A stretch of DNA of 64,000 bases from Myxococcota bacterium (lineage in GTDB: Bacteria; Myxococcota; JACRCW01), in assembly GCA_040752415.1 (NCBI GenBank), contig JBFMGU010000006.1:7779-71778 (forward strand). The letters run 5' to 3'. Shown piece after piece: positions 8,715 through 17,765 of this stretch. Both the position numbers and the translations under genes were made by a program. The notes beneath the pieces are model-generated. The model saw only the letters and a list, made by a program, of their open reading frames with translations, was not told where the DNA came from and did no database searches. Numbering within the stretch: position 1 is the first letter of the stretch; every line of letters begins with the position of its first letter.

Positions 8715-9716
8715 TCAGCCCGCCCGCGCCGCCGCGCGCCAGAGCGCACGCATGCCCCGCGCGTCGTCGTACAGTTGCGCCGTGCGCAGCGCGCGACACA
8801 ACGACTCCACCCGCTGCGCCGTGGGCCGGGTGGCGCGGATGTCGTCGGGTTCCATCTCCAGCGTCCCATGCGCCGCGCGCAACGACGTCATCCACGTTCC
8901 CTTCAGCACGACGGAGGGAAGGCGCGCGGGGTCCCACCGCCCATGACGGTGCAAGGGCTCCTGCAGGGCTTCCTCCAGGATTCGCCGCGCGTGCAGGACC
9001 GCATCACCTTCCGCGTGATGTCGCCGGAGCGCCGCCAGGCGAGCGGGCTCCTGCACCAGGTGCGGCGCATGACGACGTCCACCACAGGCGCGGATGAGCG
9101 AGGCTGAAGCGCGCTCCCATGCCGTGAGGAAACGCGTCCACGCTCGTGGCTCCCGCGGCAGCCCCAGCGCGGCGGTCAGGTCGTGGAACGCATGAGGCGG
9201 GAGCAGCGCCTGCAGGTGGCGGAGCTTGGGAACACGACCGCCGTAGGTGGCAAACACGTGCAGACACGCCACGCGCCACGCCAGCTCCCGCAGGTGCATC
9301 AACCGGTGCCACGACGAGCCGATGAGCGCGTGCTCGCTCGCGTCCAGGATGGCCTCGCGCGAGGCGGCGACGATGCTCGCGTGGATGCGCGCGCGCTCCA
9401 GCGCGTAACGTCGACGAATGCGCGCGAAGTGTCCGTGCGGATCATGGAGCACCCAGAGGTCGTCCACGTCGTAGAAGCACAGGTTGTCCAGGCTGGCAGC
9501 GTGCTCGGGCGTCTGCAGCAGCAGCGTCACGGGGACGCCGCGGTGGAAGAAGTGGTGCCGTCCGTCGAGGTGCCCCAGCACCCAGAGGTCCACGTCGCTG
9601 TGTGGCCCAGGCTGCCCGCGCCCCACGCTCCCGGTGACCGCCACGCCCAGCGTGTTCCCACGCATCAGCCGCGCCGCGACGTCGAGGGCCACCTGGTGCT
9701 GGAGGAAGGGAGGCAT
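8715..9716 (-). CDS. nucleotidyltransferase-domain protein (MNT/aminoglycoside-NTase-like N-terminus with a helical C-terminal domain)
   Basis: Starting at ATG 9716 gives MPPFLQHQVALDVAARL...GSVGRGQPGPHSDVDLWV, the GS-x9-13-D.D nucleotidyltransferase-fold motif. Total length is ~333 aa. The table ORF extends 22 codons further upstream with a poor N-terminus. Confidence 0.65.
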   Translation of the reverse strand: MPPFLQHQVALDVAARLMRGNTLGVAVTGSVGRGQPGPHSDVDLWVLGHLDGRHHFFHRGVPVTLLLQTPEHAASLDNLCFYDVDDLWVLHDPHGHFARIRRRYALERARIHASIVAASREAILDASEHALIGSSWHRLMHLRELAWRVACLHVFATYGGRVPKLRHLQALLPPHAFHDLTAALGLPREPRAWTRFLTAWERASASLIRACGGRRHAPHLVQEPARLAALRRHHAEGDAVLHARRILEEALQEPLHRHGRWDPARLPSVVLKGTWMTSLRAAHGTLEMEPDDIRATRPTAQRVESLCRALRTAQLYDDARGMRALWRAAARAG

Positions 9717-9800
9717 GGCGCGGAAAAGAAACGAGCGGGCCGCGCAAGGGAAAACGCGCGTGCCCGCTCCTTGTACCTTCAATCCCCCGTCGTGGGCGAA

Positions 9801-10631
9801 TCAGGAGCCGATGCCGCCGGCGCCGCCACCGCCCCAGCCACCGCCACCGCTGCCCCCGCCGCCGACGAACCGGCCGCCACCCCAGCCGCTGTCGCCGCCA
9901 CCCACGGAACGACCACCTCCGCCACGACGACCGATCGAGCCGCCACCACTGTCGCCACCGCCGACGAACCGGCCGCCGCCGCCACCGCTGTCACTGCCAC
10001 CCACGTGACGACGGGGGCTGATGCCGGAATCCAGGCCCCCGGTGCGCGCGTCCACCAGCGCGCCCAGGCCACCGCGACCGGCCTTGGGCATGGGGAAGGG
10101 ACCGGCGTACTGGGTCATGCCGGCAAACCCACCGGAGCGCTCGATGAAGAACTGCGTGGCCTTGTCGGGGTCGGTCTGGGGAGAGCCGGGTCGCAGGCCG
10201 CCGGTGGGAATCAGCACGGAGTAGGCGAACCCGTCGGGATGACGCTCCCGCATGAGCTCCTCACGGAACATGCGCGGGCCGAGGGGAAGCGAGGACTGCC
10301 AGTTCACCGTGCCGCGCGTGTTGAGGCTGTTGAACTTGGCCAGGATGGCGCTGGCCGTGCTCGGGCTGAGCTTGCCGTCGTCGCCACCACCGCTGCGCTC
10401 GTGCTGGGCCACGAAGGCCTGCAGGACCTCGCGCGCACCGTCGGTCATGGTGGCCTTGGCGAGCACATCCTTGGCCGCCTTCAGCTCCGAGGTGCTCACC
10501 TTGCCATTGCCGTCCAGGTGACGGAGCGCCTTCTCCGCTTCCGTCTTGGACAGCTTCTTGCCGGAGGTGCTCCCGGCCTTCTGGAACTCCTGGATTGCGG
10601 AATTGAACTGCTTCACCGACGAGATCGCCAT
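9801..10631 (-). CDS. hypothetical protein with an EF-hand-like loop and a glycine-rich C-terminal tandem repeat
   Basis: Starting at ATG 10631 gives MAISSVKQFNSAIQEF.... A DGNGKVSTSELK loop resembles an EF-hand. The C-terminal ~90 aa consist of GGGDSGGG..RFVGGG units encoded by ~42-bp tandem DNA repeats at ~9830-10000. Confidence 0.55.
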   Translation of the reverse strand: MAISSVKQFNSAIQEFQKAGSTSGKKLSKTEAEKALRHLDGNGKVSTSELKAAKDVLAKATMTDGAREVLQAFVAQHERSGGGDDGKLSPSTASAILAKFNSLNTRGTVNWQSSLPLGPRMFREELMRERHPDGFAYSVLIPTGGLRPGSPQTDPDKATQFFIERSGGFAGMTQYAGPFPMPKAGRGGLGALVDARTGGLDSGISPRRHVGGSDSGGGGGRFVGGGDSGGGSIGRRGGGGRSVGGGDSGWGGGRFVGGGGSGGGGWGGGGAGGIGS

Positions 10632-10759
10632 GGGATTCCTTCCGTGCGCTCCGTGCGCAGCAACGCGCCTGGACTTAGGAGCCGGTGGCGCACTTCTCAA
10701 TCGCCGGCCTGACGCCCTGCGTCACAACCCACGACGGGCGACCGTGGTGGTGTGCCGTC

Positions 10760-13519
10760 TCACGGGCAGCCGGACCCCCCGTTGTTGCCTCCCACGTCGA
10801 CGGCGCCGGTGAATCCGCGCTCGGTCACGATCTGGAGCAGGGAGCACGCCGCCGCGTTGGACAGCGAGGGGTTGTCCTTGATGATGAACGCGTGGTCCAT
10901 GCTGGTGATGGCACTCAGCGAGCTGATGTCGCTGAGTGCGGCGTTGCCGGCAATCTGGAGGAACCACGCCAGGTGGGTGAGGACGGGGAAGTCCACACCG
11001 ACGAGCGAAGCATTGTTGCTGATGTTGAAGACGCCGCCCTCACTGCGCAGCCGGGGTGCGGAGACGCTGCGCAGGGCCGGGTTGTTGACAATGTCGACGC
11101 GCTCGAAGCCCACCGTCACCAGCTCCGGGAAGGAGACGTCCAGGGCGTCCGTGACGTTGGCGATGACCAGCGCGCCGGTGGAGCACCGGGTCTGCGCGTG
11201 GGAGGCCACCTGGGCCGCGGCGTTGCCCCCGTCGATGTAGACGATGGACACCACGCCGGTGTCGTCGTTGCCGCCCATGTCCACGTCCAGCAGCGTGCTG
11301 CCGGGAAGCTGGACGCGGTTGCGCAGGTCCAGCACCTCACAGGTGGAGAGCGCGCTGTTGTTGCGCACCGAGGCCGCTTCCAGCACCAGCAGCCCGCCCA
11401 GGCCCGCCAGACTGGTCAGCGCGGGGTTCCCGGTGAGCGTCAGGGTCTGCAGGCTGGCCAGCGCCGGGAAGCTCATGCCGGTCAGCGCCGCGTTGGTCTC
11501 CACGCGCAGCTCGTCCAGGGAGAGCAGCTGCGGCAGCGCCATCCCCGTCAACGCGGCGTTGCCCGTGACCACCACGCTGGTGGCGTCCCGGAGCTGGGGT
11601 GCGGTGAGGGCGCCGTCGGCGGGGTTGCCCTCCACGCGCAACGTCGCGCCCACGGTCCGCAGCGCCGGCAGGTTGATGCTCCACGACGCGGCCTGGTTGG
11701 TGACGGCGAGGTCGGCGCCCACCACGGCAAGCTGGGTCATCGACGCCGCCAGGGGCCCGGGGTCCGCTCCGTCCTCGGGGGTGAACGCCAGGGTCCCGGT
11801 GACGCAGGTGACGTTGGCGTGCCCGTCCGCCTCCAGCGAGGAGCGGATGAGCAGGTCACCCTCCACGGCGTTGGGATGGTCGCAGGGCCCCGGCGGATCG
11901 ACGAGGCCACACAGATTCGCGTCACCCGAGCACACCTCCGCCACCAGGCGCCCCGAGGGTCCGTTGCCGCATCCGGGGTCCCGCTCGACGACGGCGCCGG
12001 GTTCCAGCACCACCGTGCCCGCCACCACCTTCTCGCCGCTGCAGATCTCCAACCTACCGCGCACCCGCAGCGTGCCCGCCACGCGCGCGGACTCGACAAA
12101 GCGCACCGACGTCACCACCTCGACGGTGCCGAAGCTGGGCCGCGCCAGCGTGACCTGCGCGGCGGTGGTGCCGTCCAGGACCAGCTGGTGGGAGGCAAAC
12201 GCGTCCAGGTCCCCCGTCCCGGTGATGTCGCCGCGCACCGTCAGCGTTCCGGCGCTGAGGGCCACCACGGTGGCGGTGTCCCAGGTCAGGTCGTCGTCGA
12301 CGAGCACCCGGTCCGCCGCGTCCGTCATGTCCAGTCGTGCCAGCGGTCCCAGCTGCAGGGAGCGCGCGTGGAGCCGGGAGGCGCCCAGCGTGACCGAGGC
12401 GGCAACCTGGGAGGCCTCCACCACCACCGCACCCGCCTCCACGTCGCCCAGCAGCGCGTGCGCCGAGGTTGCCGCGCCGCCGAGGGTGACGTCGGGAAGC
12501 TCACCGAACACCGTGGTATCCACGCCCACCAGCCGCATCCCGCCGGACAGACCGCTCCCGGGACGCGCGGTGCCCGCCACCCACAGGGCCCGCGAGACGG
12601 AGAGCTGCACGCCGGGCGCCACCACCAGCGCCGCCCCGTTCTCGACGAGCAAGTCGCCCGCTTCACCGGCGAAGTCGACCTCCGGCACGCGGGCGGCGCC
12701 GCGGGGGATGAGCACGGTGGCGGTCTGGTTGGGCACCTGCGCTGGCGTCCAGTTGTCCGGGTCCCACCACGACGTGCTCACGCCGCCGTTCCAGGTGGAC
12801 AGGCCCTCACTCCGCAACGCCACGTGGACCACCCCGCGGCTGCGCGTGCCGGTGGTGTCGGCGGTGCACACCGTGACCTCCACGTCGACGACGACGGCGG
12901 ACTCCAGCGGAGAGAACACCAGCTCCCCGCCCTCCACGATGGCCACACCCGCGGCGGGGGAAACGGAGAGGACGCCGTGGGAGAGCGCGCCGGGGTCTAC
13001 GTCCTGAAGCGGAATGCGGGCGTGGACCTGGCCAGCGCCAACCGCGCCCACCTGGCGCCACTGCAACGGCAGGGTCTCCACCGTCGAATCCGCCTCGCAC
13101 CCGCTCCCGGATGACGACGAGGAAGCGCTTGAGGAGGAATTGCTGCTGGAGCTCCCGCCCGAGGAGGAGCTGGAGCTGCTGGCGGAGCTGGAGCTGGTGA
13201 CGCTGGAGGAGACGCCGCCGCTGGAGGTGCTGGAGGAGGCGCTGGACACCGCCGATGACGGGACTGCTCCCGACGAGGATGACGACCCCGTGGAAGCTTC
13301 GGCCAGCTCCGCCAACGGGACGCAACCGCCGTCCACGCAACGCGCGTCACCGCCGCACTCCGGGGAATCCGCGCACTGCGTGCGACACACCGACTGCACG
13401 CACACGTACCCGGAAAGGCAATCCTCCCCGGTCTCGCACGCGTAGCGACCCAGATCCGTCAGGCATCCGGCCAGGAGCAGGGACGAAGTCAACACGAAGC
13501 CGCGCGTGGCAGGCAGCAC
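10760..13519 (-). CDS. large lipoprotein with a Cys-rich N-terminal module, a Ser-rich linker, a beta-helix-like region and C-terminal receptor-L-domain/LRR-like repeats
   Basis: A likely GTG start at 13519 gives MLPATRGFVLTSSLLLAGC, a lipobox. An upstream in-frame ATG at ~13590 is also possible. It is followed by CETGEDCLSGYVCVQSVCRTQCADSPECGGDARCVDGGC, then a poly-Ser linker. The middle is rich in G/T/V/A, consistent with a parallel beta-helix. The C-terminal repeats follow the pattern L..L..I.GN.AL..L, like receptor L-domains. Confidence 0.7.
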   Translation of the reverse strand: MLPATRGFVLTSSLLLAGCLTDLGRYACETGEDCLSGYVCVQSVCRTQCADSPECGGDARCVDGGCVPLAELAEASTGSSSSSGAVPSSAVSSASSSTSSGGVSSSVTSSSSASSSSSSSGGSSSSNSSSSASSSSSGSGCEADSTVETLPLQWRQVGAVGAGQVHARIPLQDVDPGALSHGVLSVSPAAGVAIVEGGELVFSPLESAVVVDVEVTVCTADTTGTRSRGVVHVALRSEGLSTWNGGVSTSWWDPDNWTPAQVPNQTATVLIPRGAARVPEVDFAGEAGDLLVENGAALVVAPGVQLSVSRALWVAGTARPGSGLSGGMRLVGVDTTVFGELPDVTLGGAATSAHALLGDVEAGAVVVEASQVAASVTLGASRLHARSLQLGPLARLDMTDAADRVLVDDDLTWDTATVVALSAGTLTVRGDITGTGDLDAFASHQLVLDGTTAAQVTLARPSFGTVEVVTSVRFVESARVAGTLRVRGRLEICSGEKVVAGTVVLEPGAVVERDPGCGNGPSGRLVAEVCSGDANLCGLVDPPGPCDHPNAVEGDLLIRSSLEADGHANVTCVTGTLAFTPEDGADPGPLAASMTQLAVVGADLAVTNQAASWSINLPALRTVGATLRVEGNPADGALTAPQLRDATSVVVTGNAALTGMALPQLLSLDELRVETNAALTGMSFPALASLQTLTLTGNPALTSLAGLGGLLVLEAASVRNNSALSTCEVLDLRNRVQLPGSTLLDVDMGGNDDTGVVSIVYIDGGNAAAQVASHAQTRCSTGALVIANVTDALDVSFPELVTVGFERVDIVNNPALRSVSAPRLRSEGGVFNISNNASLVGVDFPVLTHLAWFLQIAGNAALSDISSLSAITSMDHAFIIKDNPSLSNAAACSLLQIVTERGFTGAVDVGGNNGGSGCP

Positions 13520-13585
13520 GGCTGCATTCTTCCCAGGGGTGTCGCGATCTGCCAAGGGCGGACGTGGGAGGGATTTGGTGGCAGC

Positions 13586-14140
13586 ATGCATGCCATGTCG
13601 GATGACTTCCTGCTCCGCACCCCGCGACTCCTGCTCCGGCCCCACCGCCCCGACGACGCGCCGTTCATGGTCGAGCTCAACGCCGACCCGGAGGTGGTGC
13701 GCTACACCGGCGACACGGCCTTTGGCAGGCTGGCGGAAGCGGAGGAGGTCATTGCGTTGTTGATGCGCCAGTACGCGGAGCGCCGCATGGGCCGCTTCAT
13801 GGTGGTGGAGCGCGAGAGCGGGCAGCGGTTGGGGTTCTGCGGCCTGAAGTTGCTCCCCGACGGAGAAGTGGACCTGGGCTACCGGCTGCTGCGCTCGGCG
13901 TGGGGCCAGGGTCTGGCCACGGAGGCGTCTCGTGCGTGCCTGGACTACGGGTTCGGTGAGCTGGAGTTGCGTCGGATTGTGGCGGACGTGATGCCGCAGA
14001 ATTCGGCTTCGCTTCGCGTGGTGGCCAAGCTGGGTTTCACGTTGGAGGGGCCCCGCCACGAGGACGGCATGGACCTGTTGCGCTTTGCGCTGCACGCACC
14101 GGACGGTCCGCTCAGTACTCCGGCTCCGCGTACGCGGTGA
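13586..14140 (+). CDS. GNAT family N-acetyltransferase (RimJ/RimL-like)
   Basis: 184 aa. It begins FLLRTPRLLLRP..., has the typical motif RF.VV.RESG..LGFCGL, and QGLATEA..A.LDYGF. An alternative start MSDDF is at 13595. Confidence 0.85.
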   Translation: MHAMSDDFLLRTPRLLLRPHRPDDAPFMVELNADPEVVRYTGDTAFGRLAEAEEVIALLMRQYAERRMGRFMVVERESGQRLGFCGLKLLPDGEVDLGYRLLRSAWGQGLATEASRACLDYGFGELELRRIVADVMPQNSASLRVVAKLGFTLEGPRHEDGMDLLRFALHAPDGPLSTPAPRTR

Positions 14141-14675
14141 AGGCCGCCTTCACGGCGAGGTCGAAGTGCGCGGGCACCATGTCCACGCAGCCGTTGAAGG
14201 AGAAGCGCAGGTCGGCGTCGGAGTCGAGCGCGGCCTTGAGCCAGGCATTGACGGGCTCGCGGTCAAACGGCACTGACACCGTGTTGCCCTCGGACACTTC
14301 AATGGTCTGCGGCCCAAAGACCAGGCCTTCATCCTGCTCGTCGAGCTTGAGGATGACGGTGCCCTCCATGGTGGTGGACCAGTTCTCCGCGCCAATGTTC
14401 TCCACCTTCACGCGCAGGCCGGTCAGCTCCACCTCCAGCGCGTTGCGCGTCTTCTCCCGCCACTCCGCCAGCTCCTCCTTGGGCACGCGGTCCTCGCGGT
14501 GGAAGCAGTTGGGTGAGTCATCCACGTCCTGACCCCGCACCTGCACGGAGTCCTCCAGCTCGAACGTCGTCAACTGCACCCGCGGCAGACAGGCTTCATT
14601 GCCCGCGGTGGCCAGGTAGATGGCCGTCATCAGCGCGGTTTGGGACCAGATGGAATGCCGGCGTGGCGTGGACAT
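14112..14675 (-). CDS. hypothetical secreted protein
   Basis: 187-aa ORF with strong GC3 bias and an N-terminal hydrophobic segment (ALMTAIYLATAGNEAC). It is convergent with the GNAT gene and overlaps it by ~28 bp. No recognisable family. Confidence 0.55.
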   Translation of the reverse strand: MSTPRRHSIWSQTALMTAIYLATAGNEACLPRVQLTTFELEDSVQVRGQDVDDSPNCFHREDRVPKEELAEWREKTRNALEVELTGLRVKVENIGAENWSTTMEGTVILKLDEQDEGLVFGPQTIEVSEGNTVSVPFDREPVNAWLKAALDSDADLRFSFNGCVDMVPAHFDLAVKAAFTAYAEPEY

Positions 14676-14919
14676 GGCTCTCTCCTCCCGGCGCGACCGT
14701 GCCGGCGGACCTGATGGGCTGTTGCCTCGGACAGGCGCGGAGAGAGCACACGCCGTGCCGACCCGCGGGCGGTAGCACGCTCACCGTGAAATGCGTGGTT
14801 CTCCTCGAGAAAGCGCAGTGGGGGCCAGGTGGGAGACGCGGCGAAGGGGCGCACGCGGGACAGGCGCGGGCATTCCATGGGGCACCTGAGCCTCATGGCG
14901 CCTGGCGTCGGTGGGCAGG

Positions 14920-15371
14920 TTTTCCCTCTCCCTCTCCCTCTCCCCCTCCCCCTCCCGGGATGTCAGCGGGACGTGTCCACGTGATCCGCATCAGGCGAGC
15001 CGTTCGGTCGCAGGCAGCCGAGGCTGCACCTGGAAAGGCACCAGCCCTGCCCGCGCGGACCTTCTTCACGACGTCATCGTCGGCAGGGCTCTACCTTGGT
15101 GGCGGTAGGGAACGTGGCTCGGGACAAGCAGCCTCAGGCCGCGCCCCCGTCGTCAAAACCCACCTTCTGCGAACCACGTCCCCTACCCCGCCGAGGTGGA
15201 GCCCTGCCGACGCTGACGTCGTGAAGAAGGTCCGCGCGGGCAGGGCTGGGTGCCTTCCCAGGTGCAGCCTCGGCTGCCTGCGACCGAACGGCTCGCCTGA
15301 CGCGGATCACGTGGACACGCCCCGCTGACATCCCGGGAGGGGGAGAGGGAGAGGGAGTGGGAGTGGGAAAA
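14920..15371. repeat. large imperfect palindrome. The ~190-bp inverted arms are ~93% identical and are separated by a ~70-bp spacer. Each arm is tipped by a (CCCTCT)n simple repeat
   Basis: Arm 1 (14920-15110) is ttttccctctccctctccctctccccctccccctcccgggatgtcagcggg...cgtcggcagggctc. The reverse complement of 15181-15371 is nearly the same sequence. The ORFs 14911..15108(+) and 15183..15392(-) encode near-identical peptides only because of this symmetry. Confidence 0.85.
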
Positions 15372-15419
15372 CCTGCGCGTGGCGCACTGCACTCCGGGTG
15401 CTGCGACCAGCCACGTCCC

Positions 15420-15857
15420 TCAGTGCTGGATGATGCCGGCCTCGCGGTGGGAGATGTTGCGCAGCACGGTGGCGGCCCGCGCGCCGCGCTCCACGTCGGC
15501 CACGTCGGAGAGGCTGATGACGCCCACCGGCCGCTGGTGCTCATCCACGCAGATCACGCGGGACACGCGGTGGCGGCTCATGAGGCGCTCGGCCTCGTGC
15601 AGGTCGTCGGTGGGACGGCAGGCAATGATGGGCTGGGACATGACCTCGTGCACGCGGGTGGTCTCCAGGTCGCGGTCGGTGGCGAGCACGCGCACCACCA
15701 GGTCGCGGTCGGTCACCGTGCCAAGGACCCGGCCCACCTCGTCGCGCACGGGCATGAAGCCGATGTTCTTCTCCGCCATGCGACGGGCCACCTCGCGGAT
15801 CTCGTCGTTGGGGTCGCAGCATTCCACGCTGGTCTTCATGATCTCGTGGCACTTCAT
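15420..15857 (-). CDS. CBS-domain pair protein
   Basis: Starting at ATG 15857, preceded by GGAGG, gives MKCHEIMKTSVECCDPNDEIREVARRMAEKNIGFMPV.... Two CBS motifs are present (G.VTDRDL; GVISLSDV). The table ORF has 19 extra upstream codons. Confidence 0.85.
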   Translation of the reverse strand: MKCHEIMKTSVECCDPNDEIREVARRMAEKNIGFMPVRDEVGRVLGTVTDRDLVVRVLATDRDLETTRVHEVMSQPIIACRPTDDLHEAERLMSRHRVSRVICVDEHQRPVGVISLSDVADVERGARAATVLRNISHREAGIIQH

Positions 15858-15879
15858 GGTGTTCCTCCAGGGTGCGCGA

Positions 15880-16344
15880 TCAGTGACGCTTGAAGAACTG
15901 CACCTGCCGCTCATGCTTCTCCGCCGCGGCGCGGGTCTTGAACGTGCCCAGGTTGCGGCGCTTGCCGGTCCTGGGATCCTTCTTGCGCGAGTAGAGGCGG
16001 TACTCCCCGCTGGCGAGCTTGCGGATCATGATCTGGCTCCCGCTGACGTTGGTGCGGCTTGCGCGGCCGCCCGTGCGACCAAAAAGCCGGCGCAGCTCAT
16101 CCTTGGCCTTCTCCAGGCGCGCGCGGTCCCGCGGGGACAGCTTCCGTCCCGCGCGGTTGATGTGGAGATTGAGCATGGACATGGCGGACTGGAACTTGGT
16201 TCCGCGGGTCCGCCGGCTGCGCTCGACCGCCCGCTTCAGGCCTTGCGCGATTCCCGGGGCGTCACGTCGGAAGACTCCCGGCGGCAGGTCCATGGCATTG
16301 GACGTCTCCGCCACCTGGCGCACCCAGGACTTTCGCGCGGACAT
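15880..16344 (-). CDS. DUF3175-like basic protein
   Basis: 154 aa. It begins MSARKSWVRQVAETSNAMDLPPGVF and has a basic C-terminus ...GTFKTRAAAEKHERQVQFFKRH, which resembles the DUF3175 family. It lies 22 bp upstream of the CBS gene on the same strand, so the two are probably an operon. Confidence 0.65.
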   Translation of the reverse strand: MSARKSWVRQVAETSNAMDLPPGVFRRDAPGIAQGLKRAVERSRRTRGTKFQSAMSMLNLHINRAGRKLSPRDRARLEKAKDELRRLFGRTGGRASRTNVSGSQIMIRKLASGEYRLYSRKKDPRTGKRRNLGTFKTRAAAEKHERQVQFFKRH

Positions 16345-16414
16345 GCGGCCCTCCGCCGTTCCGCCACGGAGCTAACCGTTGCCCACCCGGTCGCCAACGC
16401 GTTTCCGCCCGACG

Positions 16415-17599
16415 TCACGGACCCGGGGGCACGCTCCCGCCGCCCGCGCCCGCGGAGCCGCAGACCGCGCCACCGTCGGGGGTGGTGCCGCCGCCACCGC
16501 AGTTGCAGTCGCACGGCGGGCAGGTCTCTCCGGGCGCGCACGCCGGGCAGGCGCAGGCGCATCCGCCGCCACCGGTTCCCCCGCTGGAGGGCTGCGACTG
16601 GCACACGCCACTGACGCACGTCTCCCCTTCGCGACACGGCATGCCGAGCCCGTACCACACACACGCGTGCATGGTGTCCTCGGCGCACGCGGTGGCGTCG
16701 GTGTGTGTGTTGCAGGGATCGGAGGCCATGCCACCGTCGTGGTCCATGCAGTCGCAGGAGCACGGCTCACAGGTCTGGCCCTCGGGACACGCGGGACACG
16801 CGCAGGTGCACGCACCGGTGCTGCCTCCGCTGCCTCCCGAACCGGGCTCACCGCCGCCGGTGCTCCCGCTGCCGGAGCACGCGCAGTCGCAGGGCGGACA
16901 CTCGCCCAGGGACTCGTCGCAGGCGGGGCACACGCAGGTGCACGTCCCGTCGCCGGAGCAGCTGGTGCCGCCGCTGTCACCGCTGTTGCAGTCGCACGCG
17001 CACGGCGGGCAGCTCTCTCCCGGTGCGCACGCGGGGCACGCGCAGGTGCAGGTGCCACCCTCGTCGCCACCGGGCTCGCCGTCGGAGGCGCAGCTGCACT
17101 CGCACGGCGGACACTCGGCGCCCTCCGGGCAGTACATGGGGCACGCGCACAGGCAGTCATCTCCGCCGCCACTTCCACCGGCCTGGTAGCAGACGCCCTC
17201 CCCGCAACCCGCTCCCCCCGTCGGGCAGAGGCGCTCCAACCTGGCCCACGCACAGCTGTTGGCCGTGTCGGCGGCGCAGCTCGCGCTGTCGCTGTGCGAC
17301 GCACAAGGATCCTGCACGTGACAACTTCCCGCCGGGCAATCGGGACACGCTGCTTCCATCCCGGACCAGACACAGCCGTTACCGGTATCCGCTTCACAAC
17401 CGCCTTCCTCGACGTGGGCAGCGCACGGGTCCCGGGCATCATACGCGGCCACCAGGGCACCGGAGGACCCACCACCCGACGAGCTCGACGACGAAGTGGA
17501 ACCCGATGACGAGCTGGTGCTGCTGCTGCTCGACGACGATTCCGGGGTGCATCCCCACACCAGCACCGCGACCATCCACACTGGGGCTGTTGCTCTCAT
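16415..17599 (-). CDS. cysteine-rich repeat lipoprotein
   Basis: A lipobox (MVAVLVWGC) is followed by a Ser-rich linker and at least 5 tandem copies of CTCACPAC.PGE.CPPC.C-type units, ~70 Cys in total. Three other long ORFs in other frames or on the other strand over the same DNA are artefacts of the repeat composition. Confidence 0.7.
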   Translation of the reverse strand: MRATAPVWMVAVLVWGCTPESSSSSSSTSSSSGSTSSSSSSGGGSSGALVAAYDARDPCAAHVEEGGCEADTGNGCVWSGMEAACPDCPAGSCHVQDPCASHSDSASCAADTANSCAWARLERLCPTGGAGCGEGVCYQAGGSGGGDDCLCACPMYCPEGAECPPCECSCASDGEPGGDEGGTCTCACPACAPGESCPPCACDCNSGDSGGTSCSGDGTCTCVCPACDESLGECPPCDCACSGSGSTGGGEPGSGGSGGSTGACTCACPACPEGQTCEPCSCDCMDHDGGMASDPCNTHTDATACAEDTMHACVWYGLGMPCREGETCVSGVCQSQPSSGGTGGGGCACACPACAPGETCPPCDCNCGGGGTTPDGGAVCGSAGAGGGSVPPGP

Positions 17600-17765
17600 G
17601 GCGCTCTCCTGAAGTTGGTGGCACCAGTGTCCTCCGGGCCCCTGCGGTCCTCAACCCCTTTGTCGTCGAGAAAAACGCTCCGCAACGATTGCGCCTCTTC
17701 GTGGTGAATCCTTTGGGCGCGGCGCGGCTCCCACCCCTGAGGAGCCTGCAGGAGGAGACACGCAC

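Noticed and set aside
9183-13114. Plus-strand ORFs 9183..10712, 10685..13114, 11244..13007 and others
   Set aside because: They are antisense to the EF-hand/Gly-rich gene and to the 2.7-kb lipoprotein gene. The translations are low-complexity (R/G/A/P or S/T/P runs). The real genes on the minus strand have a signal peptide and lipobox and coherent domain structure.
14911-15392. Two small mirror-image ORFs (14911..15108 + and 15183..15392 -) with near-identical peptides
   Set aside because: They are a by-product of the large palindrome. The peptides are low-complexity (SLSLSPSPSRDVSG...) and neither has a credible RBS.
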